Made by a program: the position numbers and the translations under genes
Assembly (NCBI GenBank): GCA_964016885.1
Contig: OZ024742.1
Coordinates: 147,002,001 to 147,066,000 of the forward strand
Source: Eledone cirrhosa
Taxonomy: Eukaryota
Direction of reading: 5' to 3'
Length of the DNA: 64,000 bases
The notes under the pieces: model-generated
Told to the model about the DNA's origin: nothing
What the model saw: the letters and a program-made list of their open reading frames with translations, nothing else
Database searches by the model: none
In this document: positions 34,885-48,351 of the stretch, one piece after another
Position numbering within the stretch: the stretch's first letter is position 1
Layout: every line of letters starts with the position of its first letter

Positions 34885-35179
34885 TCTAAAAGCAACAACC
34901 ATAAGAGTTCCAATAAAATCAATTAATTGAAATTTTGGAAAATATAGAAAATGCAATTTTGGAGTGGATCTGGTTTAAAATTGTATAATTCAATGTCCAG
35001 GGCATAATTTTGTCTGAAATAATGCATTCCATTCTTTAGGGCATGTGGTTTGAAATTATATAATCCATTATCCAGGGCCTGATGTCATGTATAGCATTTC
35101 CTTGATTTGCTGGTCTTTCTTACTGGGAAGTATTAAGGTGTGGTGGACATTTTTTTATTTTTTTTTTACATTTTTACTG

Positions 35180-35460
35180 GTTTCAGTTTTAAGGAACACT
35201 GGTACAATCACTGCCACACCTTTAAGAGGGTTGATAAGAAACACAGCACTGCCCTCTCAGAACTAGTGTGGCATCTCAAACATGGTAACACAGAATTCAC
35301 CTTGTCGTGCTCCAAGGTAGCCTCGGCCCAACCCTACAGAGGGGGTGGACATGACTCATGCGATTTGTGTGCCACCAAGATTATGGAAATAATCGATAGG
35401 GGAGCTCAAGTTATCAATAAAAGAAGTAACCTCTTCAGCACCTGTCTCCACAGATCATTT
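35180..35460 (+). pseudogene. Penelope-like element remnant, C-terminal GIY-YIG endonuclease region
   Basis: FKEHWYNH..TF...STALSELVW.LK...PY....CDLC....INKRSNLFSTCLHR matches the typical PLE C-terminus pattern FKxRxxNH..LSxxxW.LK..CxLC..NKRxE..CxH. Confidence 0.75.
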
Positions 35461-35974
35461 GTGCTAGTGGTGCTAGTTGAAGACTATTGCAAACTTGACC
35501 GTGGAAGCCGGGCGTGGCCACGCAGCAACCCCAGCATCAGGCGAACCTTAGATATCTTGTTTGCAAACCTGGAGTCTCTATGTGTACACGTTTCTTGTCC
35601 TTTGTTTCTATATTTCTGTTTATATACCTACTGTTGTTTTTATGTATTTTTGTCCCATTCTTTTATTATCGTGTTCTCGTTTCTTATCTGCTTGTTGCTG
35701 TCCCTACTTTCGCTTCCCATAACTCTCTTCCATAGCCTAACAGCCCTTTTAATAGTATTGTTGCCACTGTAATTAAGACTGAATGCTATAATTATTGCTA
35801 GCCTTGTGCTTTACAATGATAGAGAGGACTGTATTAACTGTGATTGTATTTGTTTATATATATAAATACCCATCTATGTTTCTATCCCATTTTCACTTCC
35901 TTGTTTCAACAGACTACTATTGTGGTTTGTTTATTTTTCATGGAAGCTTGGCTTTTTTCCTGTTGTCGCCATGG

Positions 35975-36395
35975 TGGGGTCATCACTGGTGTTGTTGTTG
36001 TTGTTACCAATGGCTTAATACCAACATAGATGACACCACCACTACTGCAACGAACGGGGTGGGTGATGGGCAGTGTTGGTGCTTGTTGCCGTTACCATTG
36101 TTGTTGTTGTTACTGTTTATGGTCATGGTGATTGATATCACCAACTCTGTGTACCCACCTACCTCTGAACTCCTCTTTATTGCTTTGGTGTTATCACCAT
36201 TTACGGCCAACAGGGCGGTACCATCACTGCGATGACTACGACCTGTATACATGACGCTGGTCTGTGTTTTTGCTGTTGTTGTCATTGTAAGTGTTTTCTG
36301 TATCACCACGACTATTGCGACCAGTGTGGACAACTTTGGTCGGTGGTTTGATGTTATTGTCGTTATTGTTGTTGTTGTAGTTGTTGTCTATAGGT
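35975..36395. repeat. GTT/GGT-rich low-complexity region
   Basis: Imperfect (GTT)n and (ACC)n runs. Confidence 0.7.
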
Positions 36396-36844
36396 GGCTG
36401 TCAACAAAATATATACCCCCCCCTCCCCCCCTCAGAGCTCCATTTATTGCTTCTAGTCTACTGGGCTTTGGCTGCACGCAGTTCTTCGTTCTTTTCGTCT
36501 TTTTTCGTTGATAGCTTTTTCTAGCAAACGCGATGGCTGGCAAACCCTTCAAGGAACTCATATGTCTGCTGGGCACACAGGCATTAGGACGTGTTTTTCC
36601 TGCCAGCGGCATATCAAATATATCGATTTTCATCTGAAGATACCGTTCTCATAATCAACAGCAAATGCATGAAGGACATCTCGATTGCATTGAGACCGTG
36701 GAAATAATTATTATGATTAAACGATATATGTAACCTAAGCATCTTATTTTGTTATTTTTATAAAATTCTCCATCGTAACTAAAAGCAACGATTGTTGAGA
36801 GCTTTCTCCTGTTTACTCCTGTTTTTACCAAAACAATCTTTTCC

Positions 36845-36893
<49 letters not shown>

Positions 36894-37532
36894 TTGACTT
36901 AAGCTTGTTCATCCCACACTTCTTTTTTTCCATTACCAATTTTGCTACTTATTACCACTGTAACACTTCATGCTCTTTCTTCAATTATCTACTTATTTAC
37001 TTACCAGTGTGATAATTCTCTTTTCGAATTTCTGTCTTTCTCTTCTCTCTCCTCAACTTGCTGACCCATGCTCAGTTACTAGTCAACAACTCCCATTAGT
37101 TCTTTCTTTCTCTAACTGGCTTCAAAGGAGACAAAACATGTTTGTCTGCTCTCCTTTACACTTACGTTTTTGATCAGTTTATTTATATTTCCCTCTTTCC
37201 TACACTTACCATTTGCACAACTTGTCTAAACTGTATCATGACCTGTTTCCAACCATTAGACTTTTCATTATTTGTACTCATTTTGCTGTCAAAGTTGAAA
37301 AACACTCTGTTGTTTTCCTATCTCTATGTTGTGTTGTCTAATATGCATCTTTTTGACAGGATATTCAAGCCACCATGCTGGGTTCAGTATTATACAATCC
37401 CACCCTTATGCACAAAATTACATTGCCCACAGGTTGATTGATGAGGAAGATCGATGCTTTTGTTCATTCACCCATATTTCATTTCATCCAGAAAGAGAGA
37501 GAGATGTATACACATACATATATACATATTTA

Positions 37533-38553
37533 CGAGGGTGGGATGAAAAGTTCATAGGCTGACTATGAAGGAGTGATACTAGAGCTATGAAATCTTGCAT
37601 GCATTAATTTCAACTCATCTTATTAATAGTTGCATTGTTTCTACACAGGTAAATTGACATCTGACTGTTCAAAGAAGACTTTAAAAGTAACTATTAGTGA
37701 CTTCTCTTGAAAATGGACAAAATTTGGCATCGTGGTGTTATCAAGTACCTGCAGAAAAAGGGTTTAGACCCCAAGGACATTCATGCCGACATAGTTGTTA
37801 CATTAAGGGATGATGCTCAGCTTCATCAACAGTGCAAAAGTGGGCAGCTGAATTTAGTAAGGGAGAGTCTTGAAGATGACCCAAAGTCTGGACATCCTAC
37901 AACTGCTACCACCGGAGAAAACAATGATTGTGTTTACCACATGGTGATGGATGTCAGGCGATTAACTATACATCAAATAACCAATGTCATTAGCATATCT
38001 TGTGAGAGAGTTGAGAATATTCTGCACAATGGCACAATGAACTTGGTGTGATAAATGTTTCTGCTCGGTGAGTGCCATATCTTCTAACACCTGATCAAAA
38101 ATGCACCAAGCTGATCACATCACAGAAAAATCTGACATTGTTTGAGGCTGATGCAGTTGGTTTCCTTGAAAGTTTCCTTACCCAGGATGAGTGTTGGGTT
38201 CATCACTTTGAGCCAGAGCCAAAGGGACAATACATGCAGTGAAAACACCCCTCCTCACCTGCACCAAAGAAGGCCAAGGTCATTTCATCTGCAGGGAAGG
38301 TGATGGCTTCAGTTTTTGGGGATGTAAAAAGCATTGTATTAATTGACTATCTTCAAAAGGGCCACACTATCAATGGAGAGTACTATGCCAACTTGCTGTG
38401 GCAGTTATGAAAGGCTATCAAGACCAAATGACCAAATGCCCAGGGATTTTGTTTCATCAGGAAGATACTCCAGCAAACAAGTCCTTGGTTTCAATAGCTG
38501 CTGTGCATAACTGTGGCTTTGAACTGGTTGGTCACCCTCCCTATTCTCCTGAT
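37533..38553 (+). mobile_element. Mariner (DD34D-type) transposon relic, 3'-truncated
   Basis: TA+CGAGGG left end; frameshifted transposase pieces HRGVIKYL, AR*VP, TQDECWVHHFEPE, SAGKVMASVF, TINGEYYANLL and HPPYSPD; ends abruptly in GATA repeats. Confidence 0.88.
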
Positions 38554-39899
38554 AGATAGATATATATAGAGATACACACAGATATATGCACACACATAAA
38601 TATATAACAAAGTTGCACATGAAAAACAAACACGTGGGACAAATAATTAAAAGTATCCAGCTTCCTTTTCAGCCACCCTCTGGGCAATGCAATTTCATGC
38701 ATAATACTGAGCCCAGGCTGCTCGACAGCTTAGAACAAGCCCCTAGAAAGATGTTTATGAGACAGCACAATAACATAGAGAGTGTCTTTTGACTATGACA
38801 GGAAAGTGCAGATAAGTTGTGCAAGTGGTGATATCAGGGCAGTTTCAAGAAGATGAGAATATACTATCACAAATTTGGTTGAAAAGAACAATAACAAGCA
38901 GCAAAATTAACTCTTTAAATACCAAACTACCTAAAACTGCTTCTAAATTTAAAGTTTGAACAGAAATCTCATTATTATATTCCAGATATTAGAATTCAGT
39001 AGACTTAAAGTTGAAAATTAGTTATTTCATTAAACCTGATAGTTATTGGTTATTTTGATAATTAAAACACAAAGGCAGTATATTCTTGTTACAAATATAG
39101 AATGAGAGGGGTTAAAGAAAATTCTTTACAAAGGCAGCAGTAAATAAGAATCTTCAAATTCTCTGCCTTGGTACAATCAATTAGGGTGAGTACAGAGTGA
39201 AATAATTCAAAAAAGCTTTACAAAACACTAACATTATCTCAACTACTTGTGGTTGTTGTTGTTAAAAACCACCTGTTTATCAAATGACTAAAACTTAAAT
39301 TCATATTGATCAGTAGACCATGTTTAATGCTTTCTACTGCTTTTCTCATCATATTTGGTGGGGTGGGAGGCATATCTCTTTTTATAGAAATATCTGTAAG
39401 AAAAATTGTAATTCCAAATATAAGGCAGTGTTTCCAACAGAAACATAAATATAAAATATTTAAATATTTCCTTTGACCTATAAAATCTCAAACTATATTA
39501 ACCAAATTCAGAACCCAAATATTACCATCTTCATTATTATTTTACATCCATTTTCCATGCTGAAATGGATTGGATGGGTATTCACAATTCAACACAAAGC
39601 ATGGTCAGATAACATCTTGCTCATTAAAACATTCTATAGAATGTTCTGGGCGAATTTTATCATGGCACCAGCCAGCACTAAATATGCTCTGTCAGACTTA
39701 AAAGTCCTCTCTACCCTATATTGCCTCAAGTAGTCTCTACTGTACATTGTCTCAGCCCTACCTACTCTCAATAAATCAATCAATATTTACCTTCAATAAT
39801 TTTACACAAATACTCAGGTTTTTCTTTGGTTTGTTTCTTTAAACGAGATTTGCTAATAAATATTTCTCATATTGTTGAACTTGTATCGTTTCCAAGACA

Positions 39900-40275
39900 A
39901 GTGCTTCAGTTGATTCAATCCCTGGAACAGCCTGCTTGTGAAATTAATGTGTAAGTGGCTGAGCCTTCCACAGACAGATATACTTTTAGTGTATTTTTCA
40001 GGAATATTCAGTGTGCAACAGTGTTTAATATGACTGGCTCACTGAGTGAACTGGAGTAGTTCTCAGGAAGATTCAGCATAAAATTCAAATAAAATGTATG
40101 ACAAGGCTGGCCTCCTTGAATTACAGGTCCACTCATTTTTGCTAGTTGAATGGACCAGAACATGAAATAAATAATCTTACTCAAGGACTCAATGCACCAC
40201 CAGGTCCAGAAAGAGAATGCTCATCTTACGATTGTGTGCTAAACACCCTAGGCTCTAAACCATGCATCTTCACTA
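39900..40275 (-). mobile_element. SINE copy
   Basis: GGAACAGCCTGCTTGTGAAATTAATGTGTAAGTGGCTGAGC body shared with ~48810 and inverted relative to ~1990; reverse tRNA-like head at ~40260. Confidence 0.6.
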
Positions 40276-40581
40276 ATTCTCATATACCTAACAATAAACA
40301 TAGTTATGTCTAATATACCACAAATAATAATTATTTTTATTTGCCACAAACCTATGTCTAATATACCTAACAACAATAAATATTTCTAATTTTAGCATAA
40401 ACAAACTAAAAAACTAATTTTTGGTGTTAGAGAAGACTTTTCTGCTACATAAATACACACCTAACAATGCCTATGCTTAGATTAAATTTCTTCCACCGTA
40501 AAGCAGTTCTCCTGTAAATATATCAAAATACTTCTATAGACATGTTCCACTGACTGGCAGTATCCAGTGTATATGCATATG

Positions 40582-40740
40582 AAGACATAGCTGTGTGGTT
40601 AAGAAGTTTGCCTCCCAACTATGTGGTTCTGGGTTCAGTCCCACTGCACTGCACTTTGGGCAAATGTCTACTAGACACTTGCGTTGACTAATGCCTTATG
40701 AGTGGAACTTGGCAGACAGAAACTGCAGAAGCCCATCGTA
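40582..40740 (+). mobile_element. tRNA-derived SINE (second family)
   Basis: TAGCTGTGTGGTTAAGAAGTTTGC...GGGTTCAGTCCC head; related copies at ~59530, ~61955 and ~63632. Confidence 0.65.
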
Positions 40741-40744
40741 ACAA

Positions 40745-42862
40745 AAAGAAACTGATAAAATAGGCCCAACAGGATGCAGTAGATGAGAAGCATGACAAGC
40801 TAGGTACATAGAGGACAACTGGAAATTCCTATGTGACAACCTTTTGCAAACTACTGAAGAGACCAGTGGCTGGAGTAAAGTCCCAGCCAGACAGGATGAC
40901 TTGGTGGTGGAACAGCACAGTAGATAGAGCCATTAAGACTAAGAGACAGGAAAGGAAAGACTGGAAAAATGAGGGTAGCAGAAAGCAGTACCAGATAATT
41001 AAGAGAGAAGCTAGACGACAGGTATACAGAGCTTGAAGAGAGGCTGAAAAAAGAAAGTTTGCCAACTTCTTGAGACGCGAGACCAGACATATGAAGTGTT
41101 CCGCACTGCAAGGCAATGTGTTAGTGTGAATCGATATGTTGTTGGGGGAAAATGTGTTAGAAATTACACTGGTGCACTTAACATCACTGATGCCCGGAAA
41201 TGTTACTATGAGAGATAGATGAATGTAGAGAATGAATGGGAGGAAGAGTAACTTCCAACAACTTATCCAACAGCAGGACCAGCTATTGAAGTTGATAGTT
41301 ATTGGGTCAAAGATAATTGCTGAGATGTTAAAAGCATAGGAAGAAGTAGGAGTCAAACTAGTAACCCGCATAGTCAATCAGGTAATACAAGATGGAGACA
41401 TACTCAATGATTGGTGCAGCAGTACAATCATAAATTGCTACAAGGGCAAAGATGCTCTAGAAAGGAGCAACAACAGAAGAATAAAACTAATGGACAAAGT
41501 TATGAAATTAATAGAAAGAGTTATAAGTAGGGAAAGAATCAAATTAGACAAGATGCAGTTTGGTTTCATGCCTGGGAAAAGTACTACAGATGCCCTCTTA
41601 GTGAGGCAACTACAAGGGATGTTCCTAGCCAAAACTATTTAGCTTTTTTTTTATCTAGAAAAGTCCTTTGACAGAGTACTTCGATCTATTATCTGGAGGT
41701 CCTTAAGGAAATTAAGTGTAGAAGAATAGCTTGTGACAGCAGTGCAAGCCATGTACAGAGGAGCTGTCAGTAAAGTGAGAGTCGGAAGTGAGTTAACTGA
41801 GGAATTCCTGGTACAAGTAGGAGTTCATCAAGGTTCGGTTCTTAGCCCACTGCTGTTCATCATAGTTTTCCAGGCCATAACAGAGGGGTTTAAAACTAGC
41901 TGTCCATGGACACTTCTCTATGCAGATGATTTGATCCTTATAGCTGAATCCATAAAAGAACTAAAAAATAAGTTCTGACTATGGAAACTGAAATTGGAAT
42001 CAAATGGTCTGAGAGTACACTTAGTCAAAACTAAAGTGCTAGTGAGTAGGAAAGAAGATAGGACCCAGATACCCTCAGGGAAGTGGCTCTGCTCCATATG
42101 TAGAAAAGGAGTAAGCATAAACTCCATACAGTATACATAATGTAAATCTAGGGTACACAAGAGATGTAGTGAGATAATGGGTGGACTAACAAGGAAGAAT
42201 TTGCATGTAGAAGATGAACATAATTGAGGGGAAAAGCGTGTTATAAACCTCTTCAAGTCACAGGAAGGGTCCATAGAAATGGTTGGTAGCTTCTGCTGTC
42301 TGGGTGACTTAATTAGCAGTGGAGGAGGGTGCTCTGAGAGCATAGGATGGAAGAAGTTTAGAGTTACTCCCACTGTTAACAACAAAAGGTTTCTCCCTAT
42401 GTACAAAAGGATGACTGTATGATACCTGTGTGTGTAGTGCAATGCTGCATGGTAGTGAAACGTGGGCAGTGACTGCAGAGAAATAAAGCAGCTATATTTC
42501 GTTAGATGTGCAATGTGAGAAAAATGCAGAGCTTGAATGTACTGAAGAAGATGGGTTTAAGTGGAATCCGAGGTGGTATGCAGGAAGAGAAGACAACATT
42601 AGTATGGACATGTGATGCACTTGGATGATGATAGATGGATGAAGAAGTGCCAAGAAAGGCCAATGGAAGGAAACTGCAGTAAAGGTAGATCGAGAAAGAC
42701 CTGGGTGGAGGTGGTGAAAGCTGACCTCAAATCTGTGAGACTCACAGAGCAGATGACAAAGAAATGTGGCAAGTGGAGAGATGATGTGCTGAGAAAGACC
42801 CATTCAACTCATGCAAGCGCAGAAAAATGGACGTAAAAATGATGATAATGATGATGATGATT
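40745..42862 (+). mobile_element. Old, frameshifted RTE-clade LINE, 5'-truncated, with (ATG)n tail
   Basis: Fragments colinear with the 3115-5294 ORF (TWWWN, YKGK, QFGF, GVHQGSVLSPLLF, LLYADD, GRSRKTW); ends GCAAGCGCAGAAAAATGGACGTAAAAATGATGAT. Confidence 0.9.
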
Positions 42863-44039
42863 AGTGAGGTAGAGGTTCAACTGTGAGCTCAGGCGATTTC
42901 GGCTATTAACCTCTTTGATTCACTGGTAGTCTCCACTATGTTAAAATATTAGCAGTAACCAATGACGAAAGTTCTAGTCAAGCTATAATTGCTGTTTGTC
43001 TGTCAATGTTAAAACATGTGTAAAGAAAACTGATGTTTTCTGAAATGTTGTTTTCGGTGTGAAACCCAGTTTGGTATAACGTTTACGCAGTTCGACTGAT
43101 TGCTTCATTCTTATTACTTTTTTCAAGAGCCATAGATACTTATGCAGTCTTATTGTAATGGTCAGCTACATGAACCAAAGCCCATGTCTTATTTTTTTTT
43201 TACTTTTAATGAAATGGAATTTGTACTATTTACAAAATTTAATTTAATTCAACTCTTAAAATCCTGTACCACATGAAAAATTAAAGGGTTTACTCTGATG
43301 CTGTATATTTTCACAAAGATCTGTCCACTAGTAAATACACTAAAAACATTTGAATTAATAAACCATATGAAACCAAATTAGCATGATATTATTTAAAAGT
43401 ATGTAACATCACTATGATTACATCACATCAGAAATTAAGTTCTTACTCTAATACAGCAAATTTTCACAATTTATCCACTAGTCAAGCTAATATAAACATC
43501 TGGATTAACAAACAAATTAAAATTATGATCTACTAAATGATAAAAGGATGTTAAGAGTTAATGAAATGAAATTTATAAAAGTGAATTTATTCATTTAAAT
43601 TAACTTGTCCTCTGTAGATATCAATATATTTCTTGGTGAAAAGTGATAAAAATGTGATGTTATGTTTCATATTGACAACCATTACAATAAGGTTTGATCA
43701 GAAAGCCTGTACCACAGCATGGCCGCAGTTTATAAAAAAAATTAACCAATGAGAAAAAGCTTTTTCAAATCTATTTGAAATCATTCCATGGGTAAAATAG
43801 GATGACGAAAGGACGTTCTCAGATTCATTCATAAATTGGTGACAGAAACGAGAATATAGCAACCATAAGAATGTATTTGTTCACTTTAGAAGTTACACAT
43901 GTCAAGAATTATGAAAGCAGGCTATGTAAACCAATATGGTCTGGGCAGAAAACAAAGAATTTCAACATTTTAGAAACAACAAAATATGACAAAACAAAGC
44001 ATCTTTTTTTCTTTTTATAAAATAACAAAGAACAGAATT

Positions 44040-46517
44040 TAATAAAAATCTTTAGTTTATTCATTTATACAAGAAAAGATGTTACAATGATATATTTGTT
44101 TTTTCATGGGGGCAGGGGGTAATCCAAGAGTGTAAAGTTGTTCAGTTCTGACAGTTAAAGAGGGGGTAGTGGTGGTGGTGGTGGTGGGCACATAGGCAAA
44201 ACTGACTCCACATTTTCGGTATAAGAAGAAAGCATCAACAGACAGGATTAAAAGAATGCTGCCAGTTTTGTCAACTGCATCTCTGCTGCAGCAGCACCAG
44301 CTTTATCTCTAGTGCTGTTGCAACATCAGCATCATCACTGGTGCTACAGCAGCATCAACACCAGCTTCATCTGTTGCTGCTGCAGCAATTCAATGGGTTT
44401 TTTTTAAAGATACAGCACAGATATATACACAATTATAGAAATGTTCATATTGTATATAATACATTGTAATGTATTGTGTTTGTTTGCCTTGGCTTTTGTC
44501 CATTCACTGAATGCCTGAGTATAAATATTGTACTGTATTTATTAACTTTTAGCTTAAACTTCAGCACGTTGTGAGAAGTTCCAAAAAATAGTACATACAA
44601 AATTGTATGTAATGCACTTCAAAAAAAAGTTTACAGATGCAATCATAGGAACTGTTTGTATTGCTGCTCACATCTGACTGCAAAATATACCTGCAAGCAA
44701 TCTCATGTATGTTGCAATGTGCAATGTTATGTTATGTAAGCTGAATGTAAGTTGCAAATACATCATATCAAAGTCCGAAGACTTGTAGCATTGGCCTTTG
44801 GCTACTCTGATCAACCAGTTTAAATGCTCAGTTGAAGTACAAATGGAATTGTGGTAAAAGCAGCACTGAATATAGGAAATAAAACCAAGGTTTCTCCAAA
44901 ATCAGATAATTCACAAGTTTCAAAATAAACTGCTTTTCAATTTATTTCTTTAACATTTTTGTTATTTTTTTTTCAATTTAGAAATTCAAATATCACATTG
45001 TTTTAAAAAAAAAAATAATTAAATTATGCACTTGCAAAACATTGTGGTATTTAGATTGCAAAGAATTTAAATTACTTTTAATAATAATAATAACAATAAT
45101 TATAATAATTATAATAATAATAATTTTGTTATTTATTCTTTATAATAATAATAATTTCTAGTGTAGGCTCAAAGCCAGCAATCTTTGGTGGATGGGTAAG
45201 TTGATCATATCAACCTACTTGACTGGTATTTTAGTTTATCAACCTTGGAAGGATGAAAGGCCAAGTTGACCTCAATGGTTTTTGAACTCAGAACATAGAG
45301 CTGGAATTAAATGCTGCAGAGCATTCTGTCTGAGGTCCAAGTGATTCTGCGAATCCACTACACTAGATATAATAATAATAACAATAATTTCTTTTTAGTA
45401 TCTATAACGATTCCTTTTTTAATACTAATAATAATTAAAAATAAAAGCTGAAGAGTAAATGAAAAAAATTCTATCTTCTGGCATTGTTTTTAGAAATATT
45501 TTTAAAATAAAACCCTAAAAAACAAGAGCACTTGATAATTAAGTCAGTTTATGTATATACAAATATTGTATAGCAATCAACTTTATCATTTCATGAAAAT
45601 ATTGTATAGTAACCAGCTTAAGTAAATCAATATATATCATTTAATGAAACCTCAATAAAAGGAAACTTCAAACTGAAGCCTAAAAGGTTAATCTAGTTAG
45701 GAAACTTTAATATCTTAATGTGTCAAAAAAAAAAAAAAAATAAATAAATAAAAATAAAATAAGGCCAATTTATGTCACTGAACACAGGAAAGGCAAATAA
45801 TAGGATTGTGATTTTTACATCCAATAGCATGGAGCAGCAATAAGAAGAAGAATTAGGATGTTTTCTGGAGTGAAATCAAGAAAAGAGAAACAAAATAATG
45901 ATAACAACAGGTGGGGAGTGGGAGATTATAAACAGGTATGTTGTAGTTGTACTAGTAGTAATAGTAAATTAGTATTAAATAAAATAGTGGGAGTAATTAA
46001 AAAAAAAATAGATGTATAGCAAAATTAAATATGTCTACGAAATAGAATTTTTAAAAAATGATAATTTCAGTGACAATGGCTCTGACGTACCAACTACCAT
46101 GTTGCTGTTTTCTCTCTCAGTACTTTGTTTGACTCTCTCAGAAACCAAAGCCATATATTTATTTACTCATTGCTCCCAACAACATTTTGAAGACCAATAA
46201 TCAAAAGAAAAGGAAAGCCAACAGTTTCATCTTATGAGGAAGAGATTATTGTTAAAACTTTTCTTCTTCCAACCAAGCCATCTTGACATCTTCATGGTAT
46301 CTAGCAAGCCAGCCGCTGTACTTCCGTCGTCGTCGGCATGAAGCAGTGTTTCAAGTCATAATTTCCTACAGTTGGTGAAAGAAGTGATAGAGGTGGCAAT
46401 AGAAATTAGAAAGAGTATATAATCCAGCCAGATGGCATGGTTGCAGACACCACTATATCACTAGCTTCACATAACAGTGATATTTCTCCTCCTGTATTAA
46501 CCAGGTAAAATATACCG
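44040..46517 (-). other. Probable long 3' UTR of the TSC22-family gene
   Basis: Follows the stop codon; AT-rich and nearly free of transposons. Minus-strand AATAAA at 44056-44061 has a U/GU-rich downstream tract, with an alternative at 44538-44543. The end point is inferred. Confidence 0.4.
45165..45360. mobile_element. SINE-like repeat fragment
   Basis: GAAGGATGAAAGGCCAAGTTGACCTCAA motif shared with ~62870. Confidence 0.5.
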
Positions 46518-46712
46518 TTAGGAAGTAGTCGCAGCAGGTGCTTGTGGTCGAGGTTGACTCAGTTTTGATAATGTATCTGGACTTGCAGAAGTTCGCAAAA
46601 TACTGTTTTCATACTCTAATTGGTTATTTTTCTCAGTCAATTCCTTGATTTGTTCTTTCAGAACTTCTACCTCTTCTCTTACAGCAAACATCAAATGACT
46701 TTTCACCAAGTC
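46518..46712 (-). CDS. TSC22D: TSC22 domain family (TSC-22/bunched) last coding exon: TSC-box C-terminal half plus leucine zipper
   Basis: Acceptor ttttaacAG|GAC; translates [40 protein letters not shown]...TTS*, the hallmark TSC22 sequence with heptad leucines. Confidence 0.96.
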   Translation of the reverse strand, partial: DLVKSHLMFAVREEVEVLKEQIKELTEKNNQLEYENSILRTSASPDTLSKLSQPRPQAPAATTS

Positions 46713-48295
46713 CTGTTAAAATAAACACAAAATATATCAAATAAAATACATTCAACGACCATTGCACTATTTACATTTTTCATAAGCAATGTCTTTCATT
46801 CGAAATATGGTTATGGTTTTCAAATAATTTAGAAAATTATCAAGAATTTGAAGCTATTTAGTAATACAACACATTTTCTCATTATTAAGCTGTTGTTCAG
46901 AACACAACTAAGGTTCTTACATAAAATTGCGATGGATAAAATTATGATGAATATAAACACTTTAAAATAAACAGTTTTGTACTGTAGAGCTCAGGATATC
47001 TGGTCATAGAATACTGCCTCAAAAAGTCTTATCAAACCCATGCCAGCATGTAAAAATGAACATAAAATTAATGATGATAAAGGTTTTTGATGTTGAACTT
47101 CTGAACATAAAATCCTAAGTTTGATTCTTGGATCAAGGAGTGTGTTGTGTCCTTGAGCAAGCTGCTTCTTTTCATGTTCTTCCAGTTCACTCAACTGAAA
47201 AAAAAAGTAACAGCAGCAGCTGGGGGGGGGGGGGGGAGCCATGCAGTGAACTGGTGCCCAGTCAAGGGGGGAGTTTTTCATGATAGGACTGGGGTGTCTA
47301 TCATTAAAATACCTTGAACAGGAACCTCATGGGGCCTGGCTAAACCTGCATGAAGGTGAGATGTGACATGTGTCAACATTCTACACTCACTTTACAAGCT
47401 AGCATGGACAGGCCATAATGACTTGAGAGCAGTGAGATCAGAGTGGCCTCATCTTGCACATATGTTCAATATTTAGCAAGATTCCTATAGCTGGATGCCC
47501 TTCCTAAGGCCAACCACCTTTCCAGGTGATTTTTTTTCATGACACCAGCACTGCCACTTTACAGTGTTGTGGGTACAGTTTTTAGTGACATCTGCACTAA
47601 CATTTTACAGGATGGGTGCATTTTATTATGGCACCAACACTAAAAAGGTTGTCACAAGCTCTGATTATGTCAGAATTTTTAGAGAAGATGGTGTAGTGAT
47701 GGTGAGAACAACTGATAGAAGATAGCAGTGAGTGCATAGATCAGATATATGTATATATATAAACATTATTTAACATCTATGTACTGGGTAATTGCTGGCC
47801 TTGTGCCAATAATAGAAACAATTATTTAACATCTTTTTTCCATACTTAGACGGATTGTAATGTGAGGCTAGACAGGTCAGGTGACCATGCCTTGCTCATA
47901 TAATCCATTTTAGGCTTGGTTTTCATTGGTTGAATGCTCTTCTTAATGCCAACCACTTTACAACATGTACTGGAGCATTTTCCTGGCATCAACACAGTTT
48001 ATTTAGAAAAGGGGGATAAATAGCAAAACCTTTGAGAAATGTAACCTGATTAACATGTTTTCGTTATTGTTTTTTTTTTAAGCTGCTTCAATACAGATTT
48101 GTCAATTAAATAGTCAAACAAGTTGAGCATGAACCCTGGCGGCTGTTCACTTTTTCCATCTTTAGTGGTTATACACTCAACTTATTTGACCATCCTATAT
48201 TTAAATCAGTGTTGTAGCAGCTTTCTATAAGCAAATTCAAATTTGCTCAATGCTTTGTAAAACAACTGTTTCTTTGTTTATATATGTGGGTGTGG

Positions 48296-48351
<56 letters not shown>

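Noticed and set aside
46518-46709. Standalone 63-aa ORF starting MVKSHL
   Set aside because: The start is a TTG (Leu) codon inside a spliced exon; the true exon begins at the acceptor at 46712.
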